NCBI GenBank assembly: GCA_964646445.1
Contig: CAZYDW010000005.1
Coordinates: 1,150 to 65,149, forward strand
DNA: 64,000 bases
Source of the DNA: an uncultured Bacteroides sp.
GTDB lineage: Bacteria; Bacillota; Clostridia; Oscillospirales; Acutalibacteraceae
Direction: 5' to 3'
The first letter of the stretch is position 1. Every line of letters begins with the position of its first letter. Of the stretch, positions 1 to 8,891 are shown piece by piece. The position numbers and the translations under genes are program-made. The notes beneath the pieces were generated by a model. That model made no database searches, was not told the DNA's origin, and saw nothing but the letters and a program-made list of their open reading frames with translations.

Positions 1-532
1 TTATACCTTCAGCAAATTTCATCGGGTTAAACTGTGCCTGATTTTTAAAGCAGACAGCTCCTGCTGTTTTTATTGGAATATTTGGAGTTCGGCAAAAATC
101 GGCAGTATATCCTATTTTACTTAATGCGTCAATTTCTTTTTCAAGCTTTGCCCGGTTATTTATTGAGTAAACATAATTATCCTTTACTTCATAATCACAG
201 TCAATATTTTTACAGATTCTTTTATATTCATCAAAAGCTTTTTTGTTTGCATTAAAATACATTTGCGCCTTTTGAATGCCATAGTTTTTGATTATTCTGT
301 CATATATAAGCCCTGTCTGATAGGTTATTTTTGCTGTTGTGTGTGAGCTCGTTTTACCGAAAACTCTGTCCCTTTCGGCGATAACACAGTCAATATTTTT
401 CTGCTTTAACATATATGCGCTTAATATCCCTGTGAGTCCCGCACCGATTATCAGTACATCGGTTTTTATATTATTACCCTCTAATTTTTCAAAGCTTTTA
501 AGCTTTGTATCGTTTTGCCAAACTGATTCCAT
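1..532 (-). CDS. FAD-dependent oxidoreductase (PuuB/YhfW-like), runs off the window edge
   Basis: Not in the ORF track. ATG at 532 with GAGGTG SD; reads MESVWQNDTKLKSFEKLEGNNIKTDVLIIGAGLTGIL (Rossmann GxGxxG). Confidence 0.8.
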   Translation of the reverse strand, partial: MESVWQNDTKLKSFEKLEGNNIKTDVLIIGAGLTGILSAYMLKQKNIDCVIAERDRVFGKTSSHTTAKITYQTGLIYDRIIKNYGIQKAQMYFNANKKAFDEYKRICKNIDCDYEVKDNYVYSINNRAKLEKEIDALSKIGYTADFCRTPNIPIKTAGAVCFKNQAQFNPMKFAEGI

Positions 533-592
533 ATATCGCACCTCGTCAATAGTATTTGCCGTAAGCAATTTAATATAACCTTCTTTGCTCAC

Positions 593-621
593 TTGTATTA
601 AAAAAAGATTTAATGTATAAT
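593..621 (+). promoter_or_regulatory. sigma-A-type promoter of the larE operon
   Basis: TTGTAT-17 nt-TATAAT upstream of ATG 649. Confidence 0.5.
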
Positions 622-648
622 TTAATTAATTAATTTTAGGGTGCAGTT

Positions 649-1392
649 ATGAACATAAATGATTTTTTTAATAAGCACAAAAAAGTTGCGGTTGCCGTTT
701 CAGGAGGCGTTGATTCGGCTGTACTTCTTCATATTGCTTTAAAGTATTGTGATGATGTTAAGCCTGTATTTGTGAAAACACCGTTTCAGCCTGAATTTGA
801 GCTTAATGATGCTGAAAAGCTTTGCGGCAATTTTGCAATTAAACTTACAGTTTTATATTCTGATGTTTTAAATGACGATAATATTACCTCCAATATGAGC
901 GACAGATGCTATTACTGCAAGAAAAACATATTTAACGAAATTATATCATACGCGTCAAGGCTTGACGGCTGCGATATTATCGAGGGTACAAATATAACAG
1001 ATGATATTTCTGACCGTCCCGGATACAGGGCACTTCAGGAGCTTGGCGTTCTATCTCCGTTTCGTATTTGTAAAATTTCAAAAAGTGAAATAAGAAGCTA
1101 CGCAAAGGATAATAATATTTTTTTATTTGATAAGCCTTCATATTCCTGCCTTGCAACAAGAATTTCACCGGGTACGGCAATAACCCGTGAACTGCTTGAT
1201 ATTACCGAAAAATCCGAAAAAGCGCTTTATGAGCTCGGATTTAAGGATTTCAGAATAAGATATATTAATTCAAATGCAAAGATTGAAATTAACGAATCCG
1301 ATTTTAACAATTTTATTAATATGCGCAAAAAGATTATTGAAAGGCTTCAGCCTTATTATAATGAGATTTATCTTGATTTAAAAGGAAGGTAA
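649..1392 (+). CDS. larE: ATP-dependent sulfur transferase LarE (nickel-pincer cofactor biosynthesis)
   Basis: PP-loop SGGVDS, RCYYCK, SYSCLATR; clustered with larB and larC. Confidence 0.9.
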   Translation: MNINDFFNKHKKVAVAVSGGVDSAVLLHIALKYCDDVKPVFVKTPFQPEFELNDAEKLCGNFAIKLTVLYSDVLNDDNITSNMSDRCYYCKKNIFNEIISYASRLDGCDIIEGTNITDDISDRPGYRALQELGVLSPFRICKISKSEIRSYAKDNNIFLFDKPSYSCLATRISPGTAITRELLDITEKSEKALYELGFKDFRIRYINSNAKIEINESDFNNFINMRKKIIERLQPYYNEIYLDLKGR

Positions 1393-1396
1393 ATAT
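1381..1396 (+). repeat. 16-bp direct repeat, left copy (AAAGGAAGGTAAATAT)
   Basis: Identical to 2629-2644; contains the larE stop codon and an SD-like AAGGAAGG. Confidence 0.9.
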
Positions 1397-1397
1397 A

Positions 1398-2090
1398 ATG
1401 AAAAAGGTTGTAAAAATAATAGCAATTATACTTGCATTATCCTGCTTATGCTGTTGCTCGGCTACGGGCTTAAATAGTGCGTCAGTTAAAAAGCAAGCGT
1501 TAAATTATTTGTGTGAAAAGTATGATGCTGAAGAAGACGAATTTGAGCTTGTAGATTATAACAGACCTCATATATATTGGAAAGAACATTATATATTTTT
1601 TCAAAAACCGGTTTGGATTAATCCTTCATTTGAGTTTCGATATAACGGACGATTGTTTATTGTCAGTAAGATGAACAATGAATTTTATGATGATTATCAA
1701 TTAGAAGATGTTGAAACATGGTGCACGGAATGGTGTCAAATTAATGTAGATGAAAGAATTATCGGTATCGATTTATCTACTAATGACATATTAAATTATC
1801 AACTTACACAAAATGATAAATATTTTTATATTATTTCCAAAAGTGATTCAAAAAAATTGTTAATTAATTATATGGATAAAACGACTTTTCCGGTATTTTG
1901 TTACAAAGATACGCAGGATTCCAATAGTCATTCTATCAATGAAGAATTAAGCAAGTCAATAAAAGAAACCTTGAATTCCCAATCGGATTGTTCTTCTGTT
2001 CAAATAGATGTTCCATTAGTAATAGAAACAGAGAAACTTGCTGAAGACAGTTGGTATAGACATACCGAATCAGAAAATAAAACAAATTAA
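1398..2090 (+). CDS. hypothetical lipoprotein/exported protein, AT-rich
   Basis: Basic N-terminus, hydrophobic stretch and Cys cluster (LSCLCCCS); visibly AT-richer than the lar genes. Confidence 0.65.
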   Translation: MKKVVKIIAIILALSCLCCCSATGLNSASVKKQALNYLCEKYDAEEDEFELVDYNRPHIYWKEHYIFFQKPVWINPSFEFRYNGRLFIVSKMNNEFYDDYQLEDVETWCTEWCQINVDERIIGIDLSTNDILNYQLTQNDKYFYIISKSDSKKLLINYMDKTTFPVFCYKDTQDSNSHSINEELSKSIKETLNSQSDCSSVQIDVPLVIETEKLAEDSWYRHTESENKTN

Positions 2091-2128
2091 CTTTTAGTAA
2101 AATACTATGCTTTAAGGAGAAGTATCTA

Positions 2129-2650
2129 ATGAAAAATAAAATATTCTCATCATTCATAATAGTATTAACTATTTCTTTATTGTTTTCATTTCCTCTAGAA
2201 TCAGAGGCAAATAATGCTATTTATTCCTCTGAATATATTGGAACATATGATGCAGATACACCCATGGAATTTTATATTTACACCATAAACACTGTCGATA
2301 ACACATTCACAGAGCATGTAAATATCAATCATCAGCTTGTAACAATAAGCAAAGATATTTCTGGAACACTGTCTTTATACGATAACTATTATACTTGTAG
2401 TTTTGGTTTCACATATTACTGGTGGATTACAAATTATGACGCGATTTTTGACATTAGTGTTGATCCATTCACCGGAATAGCCACAGGCTATGGCGGAGGT
2501 GGAATTCTTATAAGTAGTGATGATATATTTCTAACTGGCACAACAAATAGGCTTTACAACAAAGAGCTATCATATAGTGAAAACGATATGAAGATGTGTA
2601 TGTCACTATCAAAAGCAATGTATTCTGCAAAGGAAGGTAAATATGACTAA
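2129..2650 (+). pseudogene. exported protein, probably C-terminally truncated at the direct repeat
   Basis: AAGGAG SD and signal-peptide-like N-terminus; the last codons (KEGKYD*) come from the repeat and the larB start. Confidence 0.5.
2629..2644 (+). repeat. 16-bp direct repeat, right copy
   Basis: Identical to 1381-1396; supplies the SD and the AT of the larB start codon. Confidence 0.9.
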
Positions 2651-3392
2651 AGATGAAATTAAAGCAATGCTGACAGATGTTGCCGACAGAAAGCTGTCTG
2701 TTGAAGATGCTTTGAATAAGCTTAAAATTCAGCCGTATGAGGATTTGGGCTTTGCCAAGATAGATTATCACAGAGGCATAAGACAAGGCGCGTCAGAGGT
2801 TATATTCGGCGAAGGCAAAACAAAGCAGCAGATACTAAAAATAATTCAGGCAATGCTTCAAAGCGGTGAGAAGAATGTCCTTATAACAAGAATGTGTAAG
2901 GAAACATATGACTATGTCAGTTCTGTCGTTTCACTATTTTATGATGAGCTTTCACATATTGCAGTTGCAGGCGATTTTAATAAGAATGAAAACGGCGTTG
3001 GAAAAATTGTAATCGCAACCGGCGGAACAAGTGATATACCAATTGCCGAGGAGGCTGCGTTAACTGCTGAATTTTACGGCAGTAATGTAGTCAGGCTTTA
3101 TGATGTCGGCGTTGCAGGCGTTCACAGGCTGCTTGATAATGCGGATATACTTACAAGCGCACGGGTTGTTATCGCGGCAGCCGGTATGGAGGGCGCGCTT
3201 GCAAGCGTTATCGGCGGATTGGTTGACTGCCCTGTAATAGCATTGCCCACAAGTATCGGATACGGTGCAAGCTTCGGCGGGCTGTCGGCGCTTTTATCAA
3301 TGCTTAATTCCTGTGCAAGCGGCGTAAGCGTCGTTAATATTGATAACGGTTTTGGAGCAGGTTATCTCGCTGATATGATTAATAAAATGTAG
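2643..3392 (+). CDS. larB: nickel-pincer cofactor biosynthesis protein LarB (AIR carboxylase-like)
   Basis: GTSDIPIAEEA, DVGVAGVHRL, AGMEGALASV, PTSIGYG, VNIDNGFGA motifs. Confidence 0.93.
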   Translation: MTKDEIKAMLTDVADRKLSVEDALNKLKIQPYEDLGFAKIDYHRGIRQGASEVIFGEGKTKQQILKIIQAMLQSGEKNVLITRMCKETYDYVSSVVSLFYDELSHIAVAGDFNKNENGVGKIVIATGGTSDIPIAEEAALTAEFYGSNVVRLYDVGVAGVHRLLDNADILTSARVVIAAAGMEGALASVIGGLVDCPVIALPTSIGYGASFGGLSALLSMLNSCASGVSVVNIDNGFGAGYLADMINKM

Positions 3393-3399
3393 GTGCTTT

Positions 3400-4566
3400 A
3401 TGAATATACTTTATCTTGAATGTAATATGGGTGCAGCAGGAGATATGCTTACCGCTGCGCTGTGGGAGCTTGTTGATAACAAAAAGCAGGCGCTTGAGGA
3501 TATTAATAAAATAGGTATTCCTCATACGAAAATATCTTTTGAAGAAAAAATCAGCTGTGGCGTCAGGGGGACGCATACAAGCGTTATTATTGACGAACTG
3601 CAAGAGGGGAGTGTTCACGCTCACGATTTTCACAGAAGGGTCGATGACATATTTACAATAATAAACAGCCTTAATTTGCCTGATGATATCAAATCAGAAG
3701 CGCTTGATGTTTATAAAATAATTGCAGATGCCGAAAGCTTGGCACACAATACGAGCGTCAATATGGTGCATTTTCACGAGGTGGGTATGCTTGATGCTGT
3801 AAGCGATATTGTTATTGCAGCCTATCTGATAAGGCAGCTTAATATTGACAAAATTATATGCTCCGCAATAAATACAGGTAACGGTAATGTCAAATGCAGT
3901 CACGGCATATTGCCTGTTCCGACACCTGCAACGGCACATATTTTAAAAAATATACCCTACTATAAAAGCGATTATAACTGCGAGCTTTGCACGCCCACGG
4001 GTGCTGCACTGATAAAAAAGTTTGTTGATTATTTCGGCAGGATGCCTTTAATGGAGGTTGAAAAAATCGGCTGCGGTATCGGCACAAGAGAGCTTGGCGC
4101 CGCAAATTGTGTGAGAGCCTTTTTAGGCAGGGAGATTATTGATAATACTGTCAGCGAGCTTTTATGTAATATTGACGATATGACAGCGGAGCAGCTAAGC
4201 TTTGCAGCAGAAAAAATTAAAGAGCAGGGTGCGCTTGATGTTTCGCTTGAAGCTATCGCAATGAAAAAGAACAGGTCAGGCTATCTTTTGCGTGTGTTAT
4301 GCGGTAAAAATGAAAGCGAAAAATTTATTAAGCTTATTTTCAAATATACATCTTCAATAGGTATCAGGGAATGTATATGCTCAAGATATGTTCTTGACAG
4401 GCAAATTAAATCCGTCCATACACCTTATGGCAATATTAATGTAAAATATGCATCGGGATACGGTGTAACCAAATGTAAAATTGAGTATGATGATATAAAA
4501 AGAACAGCAGATGATAATGAAATGACCTTCTGTGAAGCTGAAAAAATTTTAAAAAAATATATCTAA
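3400..4566 (+). CDS. larC: nickel insertion protein LarC (C1 and C2 in one ORF)
   Basis: GAAGDM, HFHEVG, HGILPVPTPAT, ELCTPTGAA, NIDDM, KIEYDD motifs. Confidence 0.92.
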   Translation: MNILYLECNMGAAGDMLTAALWELVDNKKQALEDINKIGIPHTKISFEEKISCGVRGTHTSVIIDELQEGSVHAHDFHRRVDDIFTIINSLNLPDDIKSEALDVYKIIADAESLAHNTSVNMVHFHEVGMLDAVSDIVIAAYLIRQLNIDKIICSAINTGNGNVKCSHGILPVPTPATAHILKNIPYYKSDYNCELCTPTGAALIKKFVDYFGRMPLMEVEKIGCGIGTRELGAANCVRAFLGREIIDNTVSELLCNIDDMTAEQLSFAAEKIKEQGALDVSLEAIAMKKNRSGYLLRVLCGKNESEKFIKLIFKYTSSIGIRECICSRYVLDRQIKSVHTPYGNINVKYASGYGVTKCKIEYDDIKRTADDNEMTFCEAEKILKKYI

Positions 4567-4656
4567 TTATGTTATTATCGGTGTAAAAATGTGCTTATAT
4601 TGTTGCAATGTTTACAAATTGTTCACAAAATACCTTGATTTATGGAAATTTTATTA

Positions 4657-4685
4657 TTGAAATTTGCTAATCTAAATGTTATACT
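4657..4685 (+). promoter_or_regulatory. sigma-A promoter with extended -10
   Basis: TTGAAA-17 nt-TATACT, with TG one base before the -10. Confidence 0.65.
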
Positions 4686-4714
4686 ACTATTAGACTTATA
4701 AGGGGGTTAATGCC

Positions 4715-5584
4715 TTGAGTACTAAAGAGGAAAAGAAAGAAAAAAAGCTTGCAAAAAAAGAAGCAAAGCTTGAAAAGAAAAACGCTAAAGCTGAAGCAAG
4801 AGCCGCAAAATATCAGGCAAAGGCTGAAAAAAGGCATGCTAAAGATTATCAGAAATTTGTAAAAGACACAGAAAAGAAAAACAAAAAGCTTCAGGCTAAA
4901 GCCGCAAAGGACGGTAAGGAGTTTACTCCTATTGCTGTTCCCGCAATTTCGGATTTCCGGTCAAAAAAAGAGATTAAGGCTGAAAAGGCTTGTCAAAAGG
5001 CTTATGCAAAATATGTTAAAAAGCTTGAAAAGAAAAACGCAAAAACCGAAAAGAAATGTGCAAAAAAAGGTAAGCCGTTTGTACCTGCTGCCATTCCTTC
5101 ATATGAAGAATTTGCAAACAGTGCTGCTGCTGAAAACAAGGCAGGTAAAATCGTTTTAACAGTTATACTTATTCTTTTGATTTGGTTACTTGTTTACTTC
5201 TTGATTATGTATATTAATTATGAGTACATACCGGCGCACGAGGAAACTACTGTATCTGAAGGAGCGGCCGGCGAATATGAATCATATTCAAATCCGCATG
5301 AAATAACAACCACCCCTGATTACAGTATCGCTGATGCAAAGCTTTATCTAAAGCAGGTTCTTGCCGATAATTGGAAGAACCTCGGTTACAGCAGTGACCC
5401 GTCAGGCAGCGCGATTTCATATAATAATCGTATTGAAACCATTAACGGTGCCGATTGCTATATGTTCACCTGCGGCGGCAAAACCTATGCTGTTGCCGTT
5501 AAGCTTTCCGCTTGCTACTACAGCAGCAACGGCGAATACAAGCCGCTCACCTTCAATAATACAAACTATTTATTTGGTGACTGA
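4715..5584 (+). CDS. single-pass membrane protein with Lys/Ala-rich repeated N-terminus
   Basis: TTG start after GGGGG SD; two ~46-aa repeats, one TM helix (IVLTVILILLIWLLVYFLIMYI), C-terminal domain. Confidence 0.75.
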   Translation: MSTKEEKKEKKLAKKEAKLEKKNAKAEARAAKYQAKAEKRHAKDYQKFVKDTEKKNKKLQAKAAKDGKEFTPIAVPAISDFRSKKEIKAEKACQKAYAKYVKKLEKKNAKTEKKCAKKGKPFVPAAIPSYEEFANSAAAENKAGKIVLTVILILLIWLLVYFLIMYINYEYIPAHEETTVSEGAAGEYESYSNPHEITTTPDYSIADAKLYLKQVLADNWKNLGYSSDPSGSAISYNNRIETINGADCYMFTCGGKTYAVAVKLSACYYSSNGEYKPLTFNNTNYLFGD

Positions 5585-5624
5585 AAATTCATTTTAAAGA
5601 TACATCAAAAACAAACCTGATAAA

Positions 5625-5670
5625 AAGACTGCAATCCTTCCCATACGGGTTGGTTGCAGTCTTAATTTTT
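5625..5670 (+). terminator. intrinsic terminator
   Basis: AAGACTGCAA/TTGCAGTCTT stem followed by AATTTTT. Confidence 0.6.
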
Positions 5671-5699
5671 AGTTCTGATTAAAGCTTTGAATTGAGATG

Positions 5700-5741
5700 A
5701 AAAGAAGTCCCTCTACAGAGCAAAAAGGCTGTAAAGAGACT
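5700..5741 (-). terminator. intrinsic terminator of the ACT/DUF711 operon
   Basis: Imperfect AAGTC..CTACAG / CTGTAA..GACTT stem, followed on the minus strand by CTTTT. Confidence 0.45.
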
Positions 5742-5823
5742 TGACTTGTTTAACGCAGGAGCATCGCTATGATTTAAAAATTAAATTTATACCCCTAATC
5801 TTTTTTTACAGATGTAAGCAGGT

Positions 5824-7179
5824 TCAGTTTTTTAGGCTGTGCAGCGGTGCGGGAATTTTACCGCCGCGGTTGATAAACCGTGATGGTGATTTGGTGTTTA
5901 CCGGCATAACAGGTCCGCTGCCGAGTAAGCCGCCGAATTCAAGCTCATCGCCTATTTTTTTGTTAATTGCAGGTATAACCCTGACTGCTGTAGTTTTTCC
6001 GTTTACCATACCTATTGCCGCTTCGTCGGCAATAATACCGCTTATAACTTCCGGTGTTGTATCGCCGGGTATTACAATCATATCCAAACCGACAGAACAA
6101 ACCGCTGTCATTGCTTCAAGCTTTTCAATGGTAAGCGCTCCGCTTCTTGCCGCATCAATCATACCAGCGTCCTCAGAAACCGGGATGAATGCACCTGAAA
6201 GACCGCCGACACTTGACGATGCCATTACGCCGCCCTTTTTAACTGCGTCATTAAGCATTGCAAGGCAGGCTGTTGTGCCGGCACCTCCGCATTGCTCCAA
6301 GCCGATTTCCTCCAATATATGAGCAACCGAATCACCGACTGCAGGTGTTGGCGCGAGCGAAAGGTCAACAATACCGAACGGTACATTGAGCCTTTTTGAT
6401 GCTTCAACACCTACCAGTTGCCCCATTCTCGTTACCTTGAATGCGGTTTTTTTGATTAGCTCTGCAATTTCGTTAATTGAATATTCGGGATGCTTTGATA
6501 CGGCGCTTCTTACAACTCCGGGTCCGGAAACTCCGACATTTATAACGCAGTCCGGCTCTGAAATACCGTGAAATGCGCCTGCCATAAACGGATTATCTTC
6601 AGGGGCGTTGCAAAAAACGACAAGCTTTCCCGCTGCTATACAGTTTTTGTCCTTTGTAAGAACGGCAGCTTCCTTAACCTTTTGCCCCATAATTTTAACG
6701 GCGTCAAGGTTAATGCCTGCTTTTGTTGAACCGATATTTACCGATGAGCAAACGAAATCTGTATTTGCAAGAGCCTGCGGTATTGAATTTATAAGCTGCA
6801 AATCTCCTGCGGCAAAGCCCTTTTGAACGAGTGCGCTGTAGCCGCCGATGAAATTAACTCCTATTGTTTTTGCGGCCTTGTCAAGCGTAAGCGCATATTT
6901 AAGAATATCTCCGCCGCTTATGCCTGCGAGTAGTGCAATAGGGGTAACGCTTACACGCTTATTTATTATCGGTATTCCGTATTCACGCTCAATCTGTTCG
7001 CCGGTTTCAACAAGCTTTTCAGCCTTTGTGCAAATCTTGTCATATATTTTTTGACAAGCATTATCTATGCTTGAATCGGCGCAGTCAAGAAGCGAGATAC
7101 CCATTGTTGTAGTTCTTATGTCAAGACATTCGTCCTGAATCATTCTGATTGTCTCAAGAATATCATTTGTATTAATCAA
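5824..7179 (-). CDS. DUF711 / PFL-family protein (UPF0210)
   Basis: [44 protein letters not shown]; adjacent ACT partner. Confidence 0.92.
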   Translation of the reverse strand: MINTNDILETIRMIQDECLDIRTTTMGISLLDCADSSIDNACQKIYDKICTKAEKLVETGEQIEREYGIPIINKRVSVTPIALLAGISGGDILKYALTLDKAAKTIGVNFIGGYSALVQKGFAAGDLQLINSIPQALANTDFVCSSVNIGSTKAGINLDAVKIMGQKVKEAAVLTKDKNCIAAGKLVVFCNAPEDNPFMAGAFHGISEPDCVINVGVSGPGVVRSAVSKHPEYSINEIAELIKKTAFKVTRMGQLVGVEASKRLNVPFGIVDLSLAPTPAVGDSVAHILEEIGLEQCGGAGTTACLAMLNDAVKKGGVMASSSVGGLSGAFIPVSEDAGMIDAARSGALTIEKLEAMTAVCSVGLDMIVIPGDTTPEVISGIIADEAAIGMVNGKTTAVRVIPAINKKIGDELEFGGLLGSGPVMPVNTKSPSRFINRGGKIPAPLHSLKN

Positions 7180-7190
7180 GAGTTGCCCTC

Positions 7191-7460
7191 CTATATTCTG
7201 TGCATTGAATTAAAAATTTCCTCATGCATTGCATGAATTGAAAGAGCGTTTTCTTCTCCGTATTTATTAAGCTCATCTGCAAATTTTGTAAATTCCACAG
7301 TGCTTTTTGAAATGTCAGCCATCATAATCATACAAAAGATATCTTCCATGACAGACTGTGAAACCTCTGTAATGTTGATTTCGTATTTTGCACATATGCC
7401 CGAAACCTTTGAAAGAATACCTACTGTATCTTTACCGACTACTGTAATTACAGCTCTCAT
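7191..7460 (-). CDS. ACT-domain protein (UPF0237)
   Basis: Start moved to ATG 7460 (GGAGG SD); [15 protein letters not shown]...IFNSMHRI. Confidence 0.9.
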   Translation of the reverse strand: MRAVITVVGKDTVGILSKVSGICAKYEINITEVSQSVMEDIFCMIMMADISKSTVEFTKFADELNKYGEENALSIHAMHEEIFNSMHRI

Positions 7461-7590
7461 TAAATTACCTCCACATAAAACTGTAAAAATTATAGCAGAG
7501 TGAAAAAGTTTTTTCAATAATGTACAGAAATATATTTAATTTTTTTTCAATATGTGCTAAAATAATTAAAAATGTTTCAGAGGTATTATT

Positions 7591-8400
7591 TTGAAATATA
7601 AAAATGTTTATGATATGCATACTCACAGTGTATTAAGCTTTGACGGCAATGACACCTGCTTTGAGCTTTGCGAAGCTGCGCTTTCAAACGGTGCTGCGGG
7701 TATTGCTGTAACCGACCACTGCGATATTGACGGTGTATCTTTTAATGCGCTTGTTTTTTGTAAAAGGCAGTTTGATGAGGTAAAAAAAGCGAAGGAAAAA
7801 TATTTCGGCAAACTTCAGGTCTTTCAGGGGCTTGAAATAGGGCAGGGCATATACAGAAAAGAGCTTACGCAGAAGGTACTTGACACCTTTGAATATGATT
7901 TTGTTTTAGGCTCACTGCATAATCTTGAGAATATGGAAGATTTTTATTTTCTAAACTATAATGATTATGATATTAACAGCCTGTTGATGAAATATTTTGA
8001 AGGGCTTTATGAGCTTTGCCAATGGGGTGCATTTGACAGCCTCGCGCATTTAACATATCCTTTAAGGTATATTCCCGCCGCAAAGGGCACTAAGTTCAAT
8101 TCGTCGCCCTTTTCCGAAATAACCGACGCAATATTTGAAAAACTTGTAAACGACGGCAAAGCGCTTGAGATTAATACATCCGGTCTTTTTATGGATATGA
8201 GGGACACATTACCGTCAAAGGATTATATAAAAAGATTTAAACAGGCAGGCGGCAAATTTATTACAATCGGTTCAGACTCGCACTATGCTTCAAAAATATG
8301 TCAGGGTATTGAAGCCGGAATGAAGCTTGCATATGAATGCGGTTTCAGGGAATTTACCGTTTTTAAAGGGCGTCAGCCTGAATTAATAACTATTGAGTGA
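7591..8400 (+). CDS. PHP-family histidinol-phosphatase-like protein (HisJ/HisK type)
   Basis: DMHTHS, TDHCD, GSLH, LAHL, LEINTS, GSDSH. Confidence 0.85.
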   Translation: MKYKNVYDMHTHSVLSFDGNDTCFELCEAALSNGAAGIAVTDHCDIDGVSFNALVFCKRQFDEVKKAKEKYFGKLQVFQGLEIGQGIYRKELTQKVLDTFEYDFVLGSLHNLENMEDFYFLNYNDYDINSLLMKYFEGLYELCQWGAFDSLAHLTYPLRYIPAAKGTKFNSSPFSEITDAIFEKLVNDGKALEINTSGLFMDMRDTLPSKDYIKRFKQAGGKFITIGSDSHYASKICQGIEAGMKLAYECGFREFTVFKGRQPELITIE

Positions 8401-8411
8401 GGTAAGTAATT

Positions 8412-8891
8412 ATGGATAAATTATTGGCATTAATTGAGGGAAATCCGCGCTTAACCAACAAGGATATGGCAATTATGCTCGGTATAAGCGAAAGCGAGGT
8501 TGAAGAGCGTATAAGGCTTTATGAAAGCACGGGCGTTATCAGGGGGTACCGTGCAATTATTGATAAGGATAAGGCACAGGCGGAAACTGTTACGGCGCTT
8601 ATTGAAATAAAGGTGCATCCTAAATTTGAACACGGTTTTAATGAGGTTGCAAAGCAGATAGCAATGCTTGAGGAGGTTGACAATGTTTACCTTATGAGCG
8701 GTGCTTATGATCTTTGCTGCTTTGTAAGCGATAAGTCGTTTCAGGAGGTTGCAATGTTTGTTGCAAACCGTTTATCTCCGCTTGACGGCGTTGTTTCAAC
8801 CGCAACTCATTTTATTTTGAAAAGGTTTAAGGAACAGGGAGTATTGCTTGCCGAAAGTCCTAAAGACGATAGGGGGAACATTTCCTTTTGA
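8412..8891 (+). CDS. Lrp/AsnC-family transcriptional regulator
   Basis: N-terminal HTH; YLMSGAYDL and STATHFIL; typical pairing with an aminotransferase. Confidence 0.9.
   Translation: MDKLLALIEGNPRLTNKDMAIMLGISESEVEERIRLYESTGVIRGYRAIIDKDKAQAETVTALIEIKVHPKFEHGFNEVAKQIAMLEEVDNVYLMSGAYDLCCFVSDKSFQEVAMFVANRLSPLDGVVSTATHFILKRFKEQGVLLAESPKDDRGNISF

Noticed and set aside
3400-4566. Programmed frameshift in larC as in Lactobacillus larC1/C2
   Set aside because: Both parts are in a single continuous reading frame.
5741-6322. 193-aa plus-strand ORF
   Set aside because: Antisense shadow of the DUF711 gene. The same applies to the other short ORFs nested in or antisense to well-supported genes.
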